Below the pieces are notes generated by a model. That model saw only the letters and a list, made by a program, of their open reading frames with translations. It was not told the DNA's origin and made no database searches. Below, piece after piece: positions 25,432-34,370 of a stretch of DNA of 49,253 nucleotides (its first letter is position 1; each line of letters begins with the position of its first letter). The stretch covers positions 1-49,253 of the forward strand of contig JACOYG010000020.1 in assembly GCA_016181985.1 (NCBI GenBank), read 5' to 3'. The DNA comes from Candidatus Nealsonbacteria bacterium. GTDB lineage: Bacteria; Patescibacteriota; Minisyncoccia; Minisyncoccales; MHMH01. Position numbers and translations under genes: made by a program.

Positions 25432-26448
25432 ATGAAACTTAACAATCCTTTTGTTTCCATAATTATTCCCACCAGAAATGTCGGGAAATTCATCAGTAAA
25501 TGCCTGGAAAGCTTAAATAATCTTGATTATCCCAAAGACAAATACGAAGTTATTATCGCTGACAGCGAGTCAACCGACGAAACTCCCTCAATCGCCCGAA
25601 AATACGGGGCTATTTTAGTTTCCACCGCGAAAAGAAGCGTTTGCGCGGGCAGAAACGAAGGATTTAAAATAGCCAAGGGTGAAATTATCGCTTTTTCGGA
25701 TGCCGATTGTGTCATGGATAAAAATTGGATTAAAAACAGCATTAAATATTTTGAAGATTCAGTTGTCGGCGGAGTCGGCGGACCAAATCTTTCTCCAGCC
25801 GATGACACGAGTTTCGCCAAGGCGGTGAGCTTTGTTCTTGACCAGCCGTTATTTTTAGCCGGCTCGGTTTACGGCCGAGTTCTAAAAAATATCAAAGAAG
25901 TCAAAAGCCTGCCCGGCTGCAATATCATTCTCAGAAGAGAGACCCTAGATAAGGTGATGCCGATAGACGAAACGATATTGGGAGGGGAAGATTTTTTCAT
26001 GAATCAAAAGATACGCCAGCTTGGATACCGTTTGCTTTATACGCCCGATACCTTTGTGTGGCACTATCACAGGGCTGCTCCCAAGAAATTTTTTAAACAA
26101 ATTTACCGCTACGGGATAAGCCGGCTCATCATCGGCAAAAAAGACCGCCGAATGATAAATCCAATGCACATCATAGTTGGCTTTGGCGTCCCCATCTTAG
26201 CGGCAACTGCCTTTTCTTTGATTATTTTTTCCCCGGTATTGCTGGCATATATAGCTTTATCCGCCGCAGTATTTATGTTAATCTATACTGTGCTGGCCTG
26301 GTTCAAATTAAAATCGTTCCGAGCGGCCCTTTGGGTGCCGACGGTCATAGTCATTATTTTTTGTTCTTGGTCGTTGGGTTTTTTAAGAGAATTGTTTTGT
26401 CCTATATCCGTTCCTTGCCATGGCTTCAATTCGGACATAACGAAATAA
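25432..26448 (+). CDS. GT2 glycosyltransferase with C-terminal TM helices
   Basis: 338 aa. VSIIIPTRN, IIADSESTDET, FSDADCVM, and two or three C-terminal TM segments. The last 15 codons read through junction element copy C. Confidence 0.85.
   Translation: MKLNNPFVSIIIPTRNVGKFISKCLESLNNLDYPKDKYEVIIADSESTDETPSIARKYGAILVSTAKRSVCAGRNEGFKIAKGEIIAFSDADCVMDKNWIKNSIKYFEDSVVGGVGGPNLSPADDTSFAKAVSFVLDQPLFLAGSVYGRVLKNIKEVKSLPGCNIILRRETLDKVMPIDETILGGEDFFMNQKIRQLGYRLLYTPDTFVWHYHRAAPKKFFKQIYRYGISRLIIGKKDRRMINPMHIIVGFGVPILAATAFSLIIFSPVLLAYIALSAAVFMLIYTVLAWFKLKSFRAALWVPTVIVIIFCSWSLGFLRELFCPISVPCHGFNSDITK
26405..26439 (+). repeat. Cistron-junction element, copy C (type II): TATCCGTTCCTTGCCATGGCTTCAATTCGGACATA
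   Basis: Read directly. 33/35 identical to the reverse complement of copy B. Ends 12 nt before the ATG of CDS 26452..27420 and overlaps the 3' end of CDS 25432..26448. Confidence 0.85.
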
Positions 26449-26451
26449 ATT

Positions 26452-27420
26452 ATGACGAACAAAATTTCCGTTTCTGCGATTATCCCCTGTTTTGAAAGAG
26501 CCGACGAGCTGCGGCGGCTTTTAATTTCTTTGAAAAAACAGGACTTTCCCAATCCTTGGGAAATTATCGTGGTGGATGATGGCAGTAAAAACGCCGCGGA
26601 AATAAAAACAGCCGCAGAAGAATTTCAGTGCTCCTTAATCCGTCTTGATGAAAATGTTGGACCAGCTGAAGCCAGAAATATCGGAGTAAAAAAAGCTAAT
26701 GGTGAATTTTTATGGTTCCTTGACTCAGACAGCGAAGCGGAAAACCAATTATTACTGAATAATTTAGCAAGTTGCCTCAGACAAAACAAATCATTGGCGG
26801 GAGTTGGCGGAGAAGCGGCTGAAATAAACGGGACGCTCTATTCCAACAGCCTTCACCCTCTTCCCAATTGGCTTCCTCTCGCGAAATATCTGCCGCTGAA
26901 TAAACCATTTGAACTGCGCCCTAAATTTATCTCCACTAATAATTTATTAATTTCAAAAAATGATTTTTGGAAATGCGGCGGTTTTGATCCGTATTTTGAT
27001 ATGTGCGAAGATCAGGACTTATGCCTGCGCTTAGCTAAGGGAGGAAAATTTTTCTTAGTCAGAAATGACACTTGCGCCATTCATCACCACTCTCCTGCGG
27101 GCAGAGAAGGCGGAACTTTTTGGTTTTTTAATAATGCCTGGAATTATGCTAAAAATATGCATCAAAGCAGGATGAAAATGATTTTTCGGCATTTTCCATA
27201 TCTACTGCCCGTCCTGCCCCTGCTTGACGTAATTTTTACTCCGATAGTTTTTATCGCTCAAATGTTTTTTGTTAAAAGACGAAGCAGCGACCTGCTGAAA
27301 GAAAAAATAAAAAACGGCTTCCGAGGTTTTCCCGTATTTGTTTTATTCAACTTAGCAGCCATGTTTTTAGCTTGGTTAACGGCCGGAAAAATGATACTTA
27401 AACTTATTATAAAGCCATGA
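26452..27420 (+). CDS. GT2 glycosyltransferase
   Basis: 322 aa. VSAIIPCFERADEL, IIVVDDGS, LDSDS and CEDQDLCLRL, with a C-terminal TM region. Confidence 0.85.
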   Translation: MTNKISVSAIIPCFERADELRRLLISLKKQDFPNPWEIIVVDDGSKNAAEIKTAAEEFQCSLIRLDENVGPAEARNIGVKKANGEFLWFLDSDSEAENQLLLNNLASCLRQNKSLAGVGGEAAEINGTLYSNSLHPLPNWLPLAKYLPLNKPFELRPKFISTNNLLISKNDFWKCGGFDPYFDMCEDQDLCLRLAKGGKFFLVRNDTCAIHHHSPAGREGGTFWFFNNAWNYAKNMHQSRMKMIFRHFPYLLPVLPLLDVIFTPIVFIAQMFFVKRRSSDLLKEKIKNGFRGFPVFVLFNLAAMFLAWLTAGKMILKLIIKP

Positions 27421-28568
27421 TTCTTTACCCGATTCAAAAAAATTGGAAATACTTGGCGCCGATAATCGCCAAGGTCCCCGGCCGATTATTAAAATTAGGA
27501 GCCGGAGTTTTTGTCCAATTTCAAAAAAAAGAAATGATGGGCGATAAACTCCCCAAGAGGATTGTGCTTTTTGTAACTAAAAAGTGCAATCTCAAGTGCC
27601 GGCACTGTTTCTATATCCCCAATGTTTCTTCGGAGCGGGAGATGTCTTTAAATCAAATTCAAAAAATCGCCGATTCCGCCAAAAATAGTTTGAGCCAAAT
27701 AATTTTTACCGGCGGCGAACCTTTCGCGAGGAAAGATTTTTTTGAGATTGTCTTATCTTTTGTAAAAAAAGGCTGCAAAACCGTCAATGTCATCACTAAC
27801 GGCACCATGCCGGAAAAAGTTCGCCTATTTTTGGATAAAATGCTTAAAGAAACTAGAGTTCAATTAATTTTTATGGTTTCGGTGGATGGGCCGCAAGAAA
27901 TACATGACAAAATCAGGGCGGTGCCCGGGTCCTTCCGGAAAACCATAGAAACTTTAGCCCTGCTTTCTGATTATTATCAAAAATACCCGAAAAGATTCGG
28001 CAATGTCTTTGCTTCAACCACGGTCAGTAAATTAAATCTCGCATATCTGCCGCAAACCATCGCTCAAATAAAAACTTTTAAAAATATCCATCATTCATTC
28101 AGCTTCGCCCGTTCGGCTGATTTGCACACCATCGGAGTTAAAAAAGAATATCTCAGCGGATTTGACGTTGATAATGGCATTATTTTAGATATCAATAAAA
28201 TGAAGGAGGCGCTAGAATATCTGGATAAAGAATTTTGGAATAAAAATCCCTCGTTATTTTCACTAATCAATCGCCAGGTTATGATAGAAACCGTCAAAAT
28301 TCTAGAAAAAAAGGCAACCAATTTTACCTGCATTGCCGGCAAATCGGAAATAATAATTTATCCCGAAGGAGATGTGGGGATTTGCGAAATGTTAAAACCG
28401 GTCGGCAATTTAGATGAAACCGATTACGACCTGGTAAAATTCTATCAAAATCACAGGAACCGATTTCAGGCTAAAAAATCATGCCGCTGCACCCACGATT
28501 GCGCGCTCCTTTCTTCAATCAGATTTTCTCCGGAATCATTAGTTGAGATAATAAAACATGCCCAATAA
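27417..28568 (+). CDS. Radical SAM / SPASM-domain protein
   Basis: 383 aa. TKKCNLKCRHCFY cluster, IFTGGEP, and C-terminal CIAGKSEIIIYPEGDVGICEM...CRCTHDC (SPASM-like). ATGA overlap with the upstream GT2. Confidence 0.8.
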   Translation: MILYPIQKNWKYLAPIIAKVPGRLLKLGAGVFVQFQKKEMMGDKLPKRIVLFVTKKCNLKCRHCFYIPNVSSEREMSLNQIQKIADSAKNSLSQIIFTGGEPFARKDFFEIVLSFVKKGCKTVNVITNGTMPEKVRLFLDKMLKETRVQLIFMVSVDGPQEIHDKIRAVPGSFRKTIETLALLSDYYQKYPKRFGNVFASTTVSKLNLAYLPQTIAQIKTFKNIHHSFSFARSADLHTIGVKKEYLSGFDVDNGIILDINKMKEALEYLDKEFWNKNPSLFSLINRQVMIETVKILEKKATNFTCIAGKSEIIIYPEGDVGICEMLKPVGNLDETDYDLVKFYQNHRNRFQAKKSCRCTHDCALLSSIRFSPESLVEIIKHAQ

Positions 28569-29955
28569 ATCAAAAACGCTGATTATAAATCCGCCCTGCG
28601 AGCAGGGATTCGACCGCAGCGGCCGCTGGCCGGCAAAAACCGTAGCCGGCACGGTCATTGAGCCGTTATTTCTGGCTTATGCGGCCGCGGTTTTGGAAAA
28701 GGAATCTTTGCCGGTTGAGCTGATTGATTGCCGGCCTTTTTATATTTCCATAGAATCTCTGCTGAAAAAATTTGACGATAATGTTGCCTTGGCCGTTATT
28801 CAAACATCCACCGCTTCCATCAATCAGGACTTAGCGGCCGCCAAAAAAATTAAGGATGCCTTTCCCGAAACGAAAATCGCCTTGGTCGGTTCCCATGTTT
28901 CCGTCTTGGGAAAAGAAATATTGGAGAATAACCGCTATATTGATTTTATCGCCAAGGGAGAATACGAATATACGATCAGGGACTTGGCAAAATCTCTCAT
29001 AAAGGGAGAAAATACCGCCAATATTGCCGGCCTTATCGGCAACGCCGACCGTCCTTATATTGAAAACCTCGACGAACTGCCTTTGCCGGCCCGTCATTTC
29101 CTGCCGCTGGACGCTTATTTTGAGCCCTTATTTAAATCAAAACGCACCCTGAGACTGATGGGAAGCAGGGGGTGCCCCTATCAATGCACTTTTTGCCTTT
29201 GGCCGCAGACAATGTACGGCAGAAAGGTAAGATTCCGCAGTCCTGAAAAAATAGCCGATGAAATTGAATACCTAATCAATTCATGCGGAGCTAAGGGCCT
29301 TTACTTTGAAGACGATACTTTCGCCCTGATCCCGGAAAGAGTGATCAAAATTTGCCAAGAGATTATAAATAGGAAAATAAATATCCCATGGACATGCATG
29401 GGCAGAGTTGACACGGTCAATGAAGAAATGTTAAAAATAATGGAAAAAGCCGGCTGTTATATGATACGCTTCGGAGTGGAAAGTTCCTCGCAGGAAATTC
29501 TCAATGGAATAAAAAAGGGCACTACCATTGAAAAAATAATAAAAGCGTTTGATATTACGAAAAAGGCCGGAATTGAAACTCACGCCTCTTACACTTTGGG
29601 CTTGCCGGGAGAAACCAAAAAAACAATGGAAGAAACAATAAGGTTCTCCGTAAAATTAAATTCTGACTATGCTCAATTCGGCATTGCTATGCCGTACCCC
29701 GGCACAGAACTTTATCAGGAAGCCGAAAAAAACGGCTGGTTGAAAACTCATAATTGGCAAAAATTTGAAGCATCGGAAAATTCGGTCTTGGAGTATCCTA
29801 ATTTAAAAGCAAAAGATATTATTGAAGCGCACAAAAAAGCTTACAGGGAATTCTATTTCAGGCCGGGCTATGCGCTCAAAAGAATTGTCAGCGTCAAGTC
29901 TTACACTGAACTGTGCCAATTGATCAAAAGCGCGGTTAACATGATTTCCCGATAA
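28558..29955 (+). CDS. B12-binding domain radical SAM protein (class B), paralogue 4
   Basis: 465 aa. LIINPP, SRGCPYQCTFC, FGVESSSQEIL, LGLPGETKKT and MPYPGTELY. Confidence 0.85.
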   Translation: MPNKSKTLIINPPCEQGFDRSGRWPAKTVAGTVIEPLFLAYAAAVLEKESLPVELIDCRPFYISIESLLKKFDDNVALAVIQTSTASINQDLAAAKKIKDAFPETKIALVGSHVSVLGKEILENNRYIDFIAKGEYEYTIRDLAKSLIKGENTANIAGLIGNADRPYIENLDELPLPARHFLPLDAYFEPLFKSKRTLRLMGSRGCPYQCTFCLWPQTMYGRKVRFRSPEKIADEIEYLINSCGAKGLYFEDDTFALIPERVIKICQEIINRKINIPWTCMGRVDTVNEEMLKIMEKAGCYMIRFGVESSSQEILNGIKKGTTIEKIIKAFDITKKAGIETHASYTLGLPGETKKTMEETIRFSVKLNSDYAQFGIAMPYPGTELYQEAEKNGWLKTHNWQKFEASENSVLEYPNLKAKDIIEAHKKAYREFYFRPGYALKRIVSVKSYTELCQLIKSAVNMISR

Positions 29956-29961
29956 ATAATT

Positions 29962-31788
29962 ATGTCTATGCATATTTTAGGAATTTCAGCTTTTTATCAT
30001 GATAGCGCCGCTTGCTTAGTTAAAGACGGCAAAATAATGGCGGCTGCCCAAGAGGAACGCTTCACCAGAAAAAAGCATGACCACTCCTTCCCGGCTAAAG
30101 CTATTGATTACTGCCTTAAAAATAGCGGCATTTCAAGCAAAGATCTTAATTTGGTTGTTTTTTACGAAAAACCGTTCTTGAAATTTGAAAGAATTCTGGA
30201 AACCTACCTAAGTTTTGCCCCCCGAGGAATCATTTCTTTCTTAAGGGCAATGCCTGTCTGGATAAAAGAAAAACTCTGGATAAAGGAATGTCTTGAAAAA
30301 GAGCTGAATTTTCACGGTAAAATAATCTTTCCCGAACATCATCAGTCGCACGCAGCCTCTGCTTTTTTCCCGTCTCCTTTTAAAAGAGCGGCTTTTCTCG
30401 TGATGGATGCAGTTGGAGAAAAAAGCTGCACTAGTTTTGGCGTCGGCATTGATAATCAAATAAATATTATGGGGGAAATGAATTTTCCCCACTCTTTAGG
30501 CCTGCTCTATTCCGCCTTCACTTATTTTACCGGCTTTAAGGTAAATTCCGGAGAATATAAAATGATGGGATTGGCGCCTTACGGCAACCCCAAATACAAA
30601 GATTTAATACTTTCGGAACTGATCGATTTAAAGGAAGACGGTTCTTTTAAGATGAATATGAAATATTTTAATTACTGCTCCGGCCTGACTATGACCAATA
30701 AAAATTTCGAAAAACTGTTCGATGGCCCTCCCCGCCAGCCGGAAAAAAAACTGACTCAAAGAGAAATGGATTTGGCCCGTTCTATCCAGGACGTAACCGA
30801 GGAAATAGTCATAAGAATGGCCCGTTACGTCAGGAAAAAAACCGGTGAAAATAAATTATGCTTAGCCGGAGGAGTAGCCCTAAATTGCGTATCTAACGGC
30901 CGCCTTCTGCGAGAAAAACTGTTTGAAGATATCTGGATTCAGCCGGCCTCGGGCGATGCCGGAGGGGCATTGGGAGCTGCTTTATTCGCCTGGCACCAAT
31001 ACTTGGATAATCAAAGAAAAACTGATGAAAAAACCGATTCTCAACAAGGTTCCTATTTGGGTCCGGAATACAGCAATGAAAGTATTCTCCAATTCTTAAA
31101 CAGGGAAGGGGCTGATTTTACCAAACTAAATGACGAAGAAATTCCTCAAAAAATCGCCGGCTTGATCGCCGAAGAAAAGGTAATCGGCTTATTCGCAGGC
31201 AGAATGGAATTTGGTCCGAGAGCTCTGGGAAACCGTTCAATTATCGGCGATGCCCGCTCATCTGAAATGCAAAAAACCATGAATTTGAAAATTAAGTTCA
31301 GGGAAAGCTTCCGGCCGTTTGCCCCAACGGTCTTAATGGAACACGCCTCGGAATATTTCGAAATTGACAGAGAAAGCCCTTACATGTTATTGACCGCTCA
31401 AGTTAAAGAAAGAATTAAAATAAAAACTTCGGAAAATGAAATGAAAAATCATATCGGGGTTGATAGGGTAAATGTCATCCGCTCAACCATTCCCGCGGTC
31501 ACTCACTTGGATTACTCCGCCAGGGTTCAGACTATTAACAAGGAGACCAATCCCCTGTATCATAAAATTATTGAAGAATTTTATAAAAAGTGCGGCTGCC
31601 CAATCATTATTAATACCTCTTTCAATGTTCGGGGCGAACCGATTGTTTGCGCTCCGGATGACGCATATAGATGCTTTTTGCGCACAAATATGGATTATTT
31701 ACTAATGGGAAACTTCCTGTTAGATAAGAAGGGACAAAAACCGCTGACAGAAGATAAGGATTGGCAAAAAGAATTCGCCCTAGATTAA
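29962..31788 (+). CDS. Carbamoyltransferase (NodU/CmcH/TobZ family)
   Basis: 608 aa. N-terminal ILGISAFYHDSAACLVKDGKIMAAAQEERFTRKKHD, HHQSHAASAF, and C-terminal PIIINTSFNVRGEPIV. Confidence 0.9.
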   Translation: MSMHILGISAFYHDSAACLVKDGKIMAAAQEERFTRKKHDHSFPAKAIDYCLKNSGISSKDLNLVVFYEKPFLKFERILETYLSFAPRGIISFLRAMPVWIKEKLWIKECLEKELNFHGKIIFPEHHQSHAASAFFPSPFKRAAFLVMDAVGEKSCTSFGVGIDNQINIMGEMNFPHSLGLLYSAFTYFTGFKVNSGEYKMMGLAPYGNPKYKDLILSELIDLKEDGSFKMNMKYFNYCSGLTMTNKNFEKLFDGPPRQPEKKLTQREMDLARSIQDVTEEIVIRMARYVRKKTGENKLCLAGGVALNCVSNGRLLREKLFEDIWIQPASGDAGGALGAALFAWHQYLDNQRKTDEKTDSQQGSYLGPEYSNESILQFLNREGADFTKLNDEEIPQKIAGLIAEEKVIGLFAGRMEFGPRALGNRSIIGDARSSEMQKTMNLKIKFRESFRPFAPTVLMEHASEYFEIDRESPYMLLTAQVKERIKIKTSENEMKNHIGVDRVNVIRSTIPAVTHLDYSARVQTINKETNPLYHKIIEEFYKKCGCPIIINTSFNVRGEPIVCAPDDAYRCFLRTNMDYLLMGNFLLDKKGQKPLTEDKDWQKEFALD

Positions 31789-31790
31789 AA

Positions 31791-32198
31791 ATGACCGGCT
31801 CAAATCAAACGGAAAAACCAAAGATGAAAGAATTCGGCCTAACGATGTCTATCGCAATCAACGCGATAAATTTGTTTTGGTTTTGGAAAAAAAGCGAACC
31901 GCTGATACCGGCTGTTCTTATCTCTTTTTTATTCTTACTTTTTAGTTTTATCAAATCGGGCGTTTTATTAAAACCCCTGCATAAAGCATGGATGACCCTA
32001 TCTTTAATGATGAGTAAAATCACTTCCGCGTTAATTTTATCAGTCATATTTTATCTGATCATAACCCCTTTAAAATTAGCCGTGAAATTATCCGGCAAGG
32101 ATCCGCTTAATTTGAAATTCAATAAAAATAACGGGGCGAACAGCTATTGGCTTGAAAAAAAACCAAATCAAAAGACGTCTTATGAAAAACAATCTTAA
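31791..32198 (+). CDS. SxtJ-family small membrane protein
   Basis: Track start 31761 is a TTG inside the carbamoyltransferase gene. ATG 31791 is 3 nt after that gene's stop. Two or three TM helices, then GKDPLNLKFNKNNGANSYWLEKK, which matches the recalled SxtJ C-terminal pattern (GKDPL.L.F....SYW). Confidence 0.7.
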   Translation: MTGSNQTEKPKMKEFGLTMSIAINAINLFWFWKKSEPLIPAVLISFLFLLFSFIKSGVLLKPLHKAWMTLSLMMSKITSALILSVIFYLIITPLKLAVKLSGKDPLNLKFNKNNGANSYWLEKKPNQKTSYEKQS

Positions 32199-33450
32199 AT
32201 TTTTAATCATCGGAATTTTTCTTTTAGCGGCTGGACTTGGTTTCAATCAATGGATTTTAACAAAATTATTCCCTTTTTTGGGTCCGAGATTAAGCTTGCC
32301 CAGAGGAGTATTGATAGCCATTTTTAATGTTGTTTTTGCCGGACTCGGCATTTTATTTATTATTTTGAAAAACAACGGGAAAAAACTTTTATTCTCCGCT
32401 GTAATTTTTTTGTGTTCTTTGGCTGTTCTTTTGGGAGGAACGGAAATATTAACAAAATTTCTTTCTCCCATAATTAAATACTACCCGATGACTTCGCCTG
32501 GCAATGTTTTTAAATTCGGCCCTCCAACCGGCGTAATTTTTACGCCCAATTATCGGGGAAATCATAAAAGCGGAGAATTTGACGTCTCCCTTAAAATTAA
32601 CAGCGAGGGCTTTAGGTCAAACCAAGAATTTATCATCGGTTCAAAAGACCAAAAAATAATCGCCGTACTGGGCGATTCAATCACGGCCGCCCGCGAAGTG
32701 GCAGAAGAAAAAACCTTCGTAAAAATTCTCGAATCAAATTTAAGCGATGCCGGAATAAAACAAGTCCAAAATTACGGCATGCCCGGCACAGGCATTGATT
32801 ACTATCTGCAAACATACAAATATTATGCGAAACAGCATAAACCCGATATTGTAATAATCGCCGTTTTTTTAAACGACATAGCCGACTCCGGCTCTTTTAA
32901 GGCGCTCGCCAATTACTCCAGCTACGGTTTTCTGAATAAAGCCGATTCTTTTTTGCAAAAGCGCTCCGCCCTTTATAAATTTATCTACTTGCAGTACGAA
33001 CAAAGTCGATTGGAAGTTCTGCATGATTTTCCCAAAGACGGCTATCTTTACGAAAATCCGCGAAGCAACGGTATTAATGAAATTTACGGAAAATTTTCGG
33101 AAAAACTTTTCCAATTGACGGCGGCAATAAAAAACGACGGGGCTATCCCGCTTATTGCATTGATGCCTTCATATATGGAATCATCCGATAATGTTTGGCG
33201 GGAATTGGAAAAAAGCTATAATCTTATCGGCGGCAAGAATACTCTGGATAGGGATATGCTAAGAAATGAACTGCGGATTTTTGCCGGCCAGGCAGCTGCA
33301 GAATTTTTTGACCCAAGCGGCAGCTTCAGGGAATCATATAATGCCGGGGAACGGCTGCATTACATTTACGACCATCATTTTAATCCGGCGGGCCATTTTC
33401 TAATCGCCGAAATGTTAAAAGAAAAAATTTCTGATATTTTAAGAAAATAA
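32182..33450 (+). CDS. Membrane-anchored SGNH/GDSL-family hydrolase or acyltransferase
   Basis: Start set at ATG 32182 (MKNNLKFLIIG; the track start is a TTG). Three N-terminal TM helices, block I IIAVLGDSITAA, and block V YDHHFNPAGH. Confidence 0.7.
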   Translation: MKNNLKFLIIGIFLLAAGLGFNQWILTKLFPFLGPRLSLPRGVLIAIFNVVFAGLGILFIILKNNGKKLLFSAVIFLCSLAVLLGGTEILTKFLSPIIKYYPMTSPGNVFKFGPPTGVIFTPNYRGNHKSGEFDVSLKINSEGFRSNQEFIIGSKDQKIIAVLGDSITAAREVAEEKTFVKILESNLSDAGIKQVQNYGMPGTGIDYYLQTYKYYAKQHKPDIVIIAVFLNDIADSGSFKALANYSSYGFLNKADSFLQKRSALYKFIYLQYEQSRLEVLHDFPKDGYLYENPRSNGINEIYGKFSEKLFQLTAAIKNDGAIPLIALMPSYMESSDNVWRELEKSYNLIGGKNTLDRDMLRNELRIFAGQAAAEFFDPSGSFRESYNAGERLHYIYDHHFNPAGHFLIAEMLKEKISDILRK

Positions 33451-33471
33451 TAATTAATAATATTAAAAAAC

Positions 33472-33630
33472 ATGTCTAAAATAGCTATTATCAAAGAATT
33501 TTTAAGTTTTGCGAAGAACAATAAAAAATGGTGGCTGCTGCCGATCTTTATTATCTTAATACTATTCGGGGCGCTCATCGTATCCTTGGGGGGATCGGCC
33601 ATAGCGCCGTTTATTTATACTTTATTTTAA
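33472..33630 (+). CDS. DUF5989-family (SxtK-like) 52-aa membrane protein, absent from the ORF track
   Basis: My own translation is MSKIAIIKEFLSFAKNNKKWWLLPIFIILILFGALIVSLGGSAIAPFIYTLF*. The KKWWLLPI...GSA.APFIYTLF pattern is the recalled DUF5989 signature, and the family normally accompanies carbamoyltransferase plus SxtJ. Confidence 0.8.
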   Translation: MSKIAIIKEFLSFAKNNKKWWLLPIFIILILFGALIVSLGGSAIAPFIYTLF

Positions 33631-33686
33631 AAATTGTGATAGAAAAAATAGTAAAAAACAGGTCGGCTTACCGGCTATTTAAAAAA

Positions 33687-34370
33687 ATGGCGCTAGTTGT
33701 TCACTTTTTTCGAGGGCTGGCGATATTAAAAGAGGCGGGAAGCTTAAAACCGAAATCAGTATTCGTATCGGATTTGCCCCAAGAACTTGAAAATTTTGAA
33801 GATTTGTCCTGGTTATTCTTCAATAATTTTACCAATGGAGGAATCATCAGAATGTGCTTTAACGAAGCGGCTTATGCATTCAAAACGGTGCGGAAAAATC
33901 AACCCCGCTGTCTGCTGGAAATCGGCAGATATGAGGGAGGTTCAACAATGCTCATCTCTGTGGCAAAATCAAAAGAAGCCAAATTTATCAGTTTGGACAT
34001 AGAAGATAGATGCAATGAAACAATTAAAAAAACTCTCGATAAAAATACTTCCTTAATTATGGGTGATTCAAAAAAATTCATCCCTCCCTGCAAGCTTGAC
34101 TTCATCTTCATTGACGGCGATCATGGTTTTAACGGAGTAAAAGCTGATTTTGAACATTATTTTCCTTATTTAAATAACGGGGCGGATATTTTATTTCATG
34201 ATGCGGTTCGTTCGGGAAAATATATTCTTAACGAGCCGGCCGTCAATTATTTTGTCAAAACGCTTGAAGCTAATCCAAGCTTAAAATTCATAAAAGATGT
34301 TGGAAGCATCAGGCATTTCAAAAAAAATGATGACAATAAAAGGTTCTCATCCAAAAATCCTTCTGATTAA
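33687..34370 (+). CDS. Class I SAM-dependent methyltransferase (Methyltransf_24 / CmcI-TylF-like)
   Basis: LEIGRYEGGSTMLIS, FISLDIEDR, DFIFIDGDHGFNGVKADFE and ILFHD. Track start 33528 overlaps the DUF5989 gene out of frame, so I use ATG 33687. GTG 33636 is also possible. Confidence 0.75.
   Translation: MALVVHFFRGLAILKEAGSLKPKSVFVSDLPQELENFEDLSWLFFNNFTNGGIIRMCFNEAAYAFKTVRKNQPRCLLEIGRYEGGSTMLISVAKSKEAKFISLDIEDRCNETIKKTLDKNTSLIMGDSKKFIPPCKLDFIFIDGDHGFNGVKADFEHYFPYLNNGADILFHDAVRSGKYILNEPAVNYFVKTLEANPSLKFIKDVGSIRHFKKNDDNKRFSSKNPSD

Noticed and set aside
33528-33686. Track start of the methyltransferase ORF (MVAAADLYYLNTIRG...)
   Set aside because: This stretch overlaps, out of frame, a far more convincing DUF5989-type gene (33472..33630). 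The extension has no methyltransferase-like sequence.
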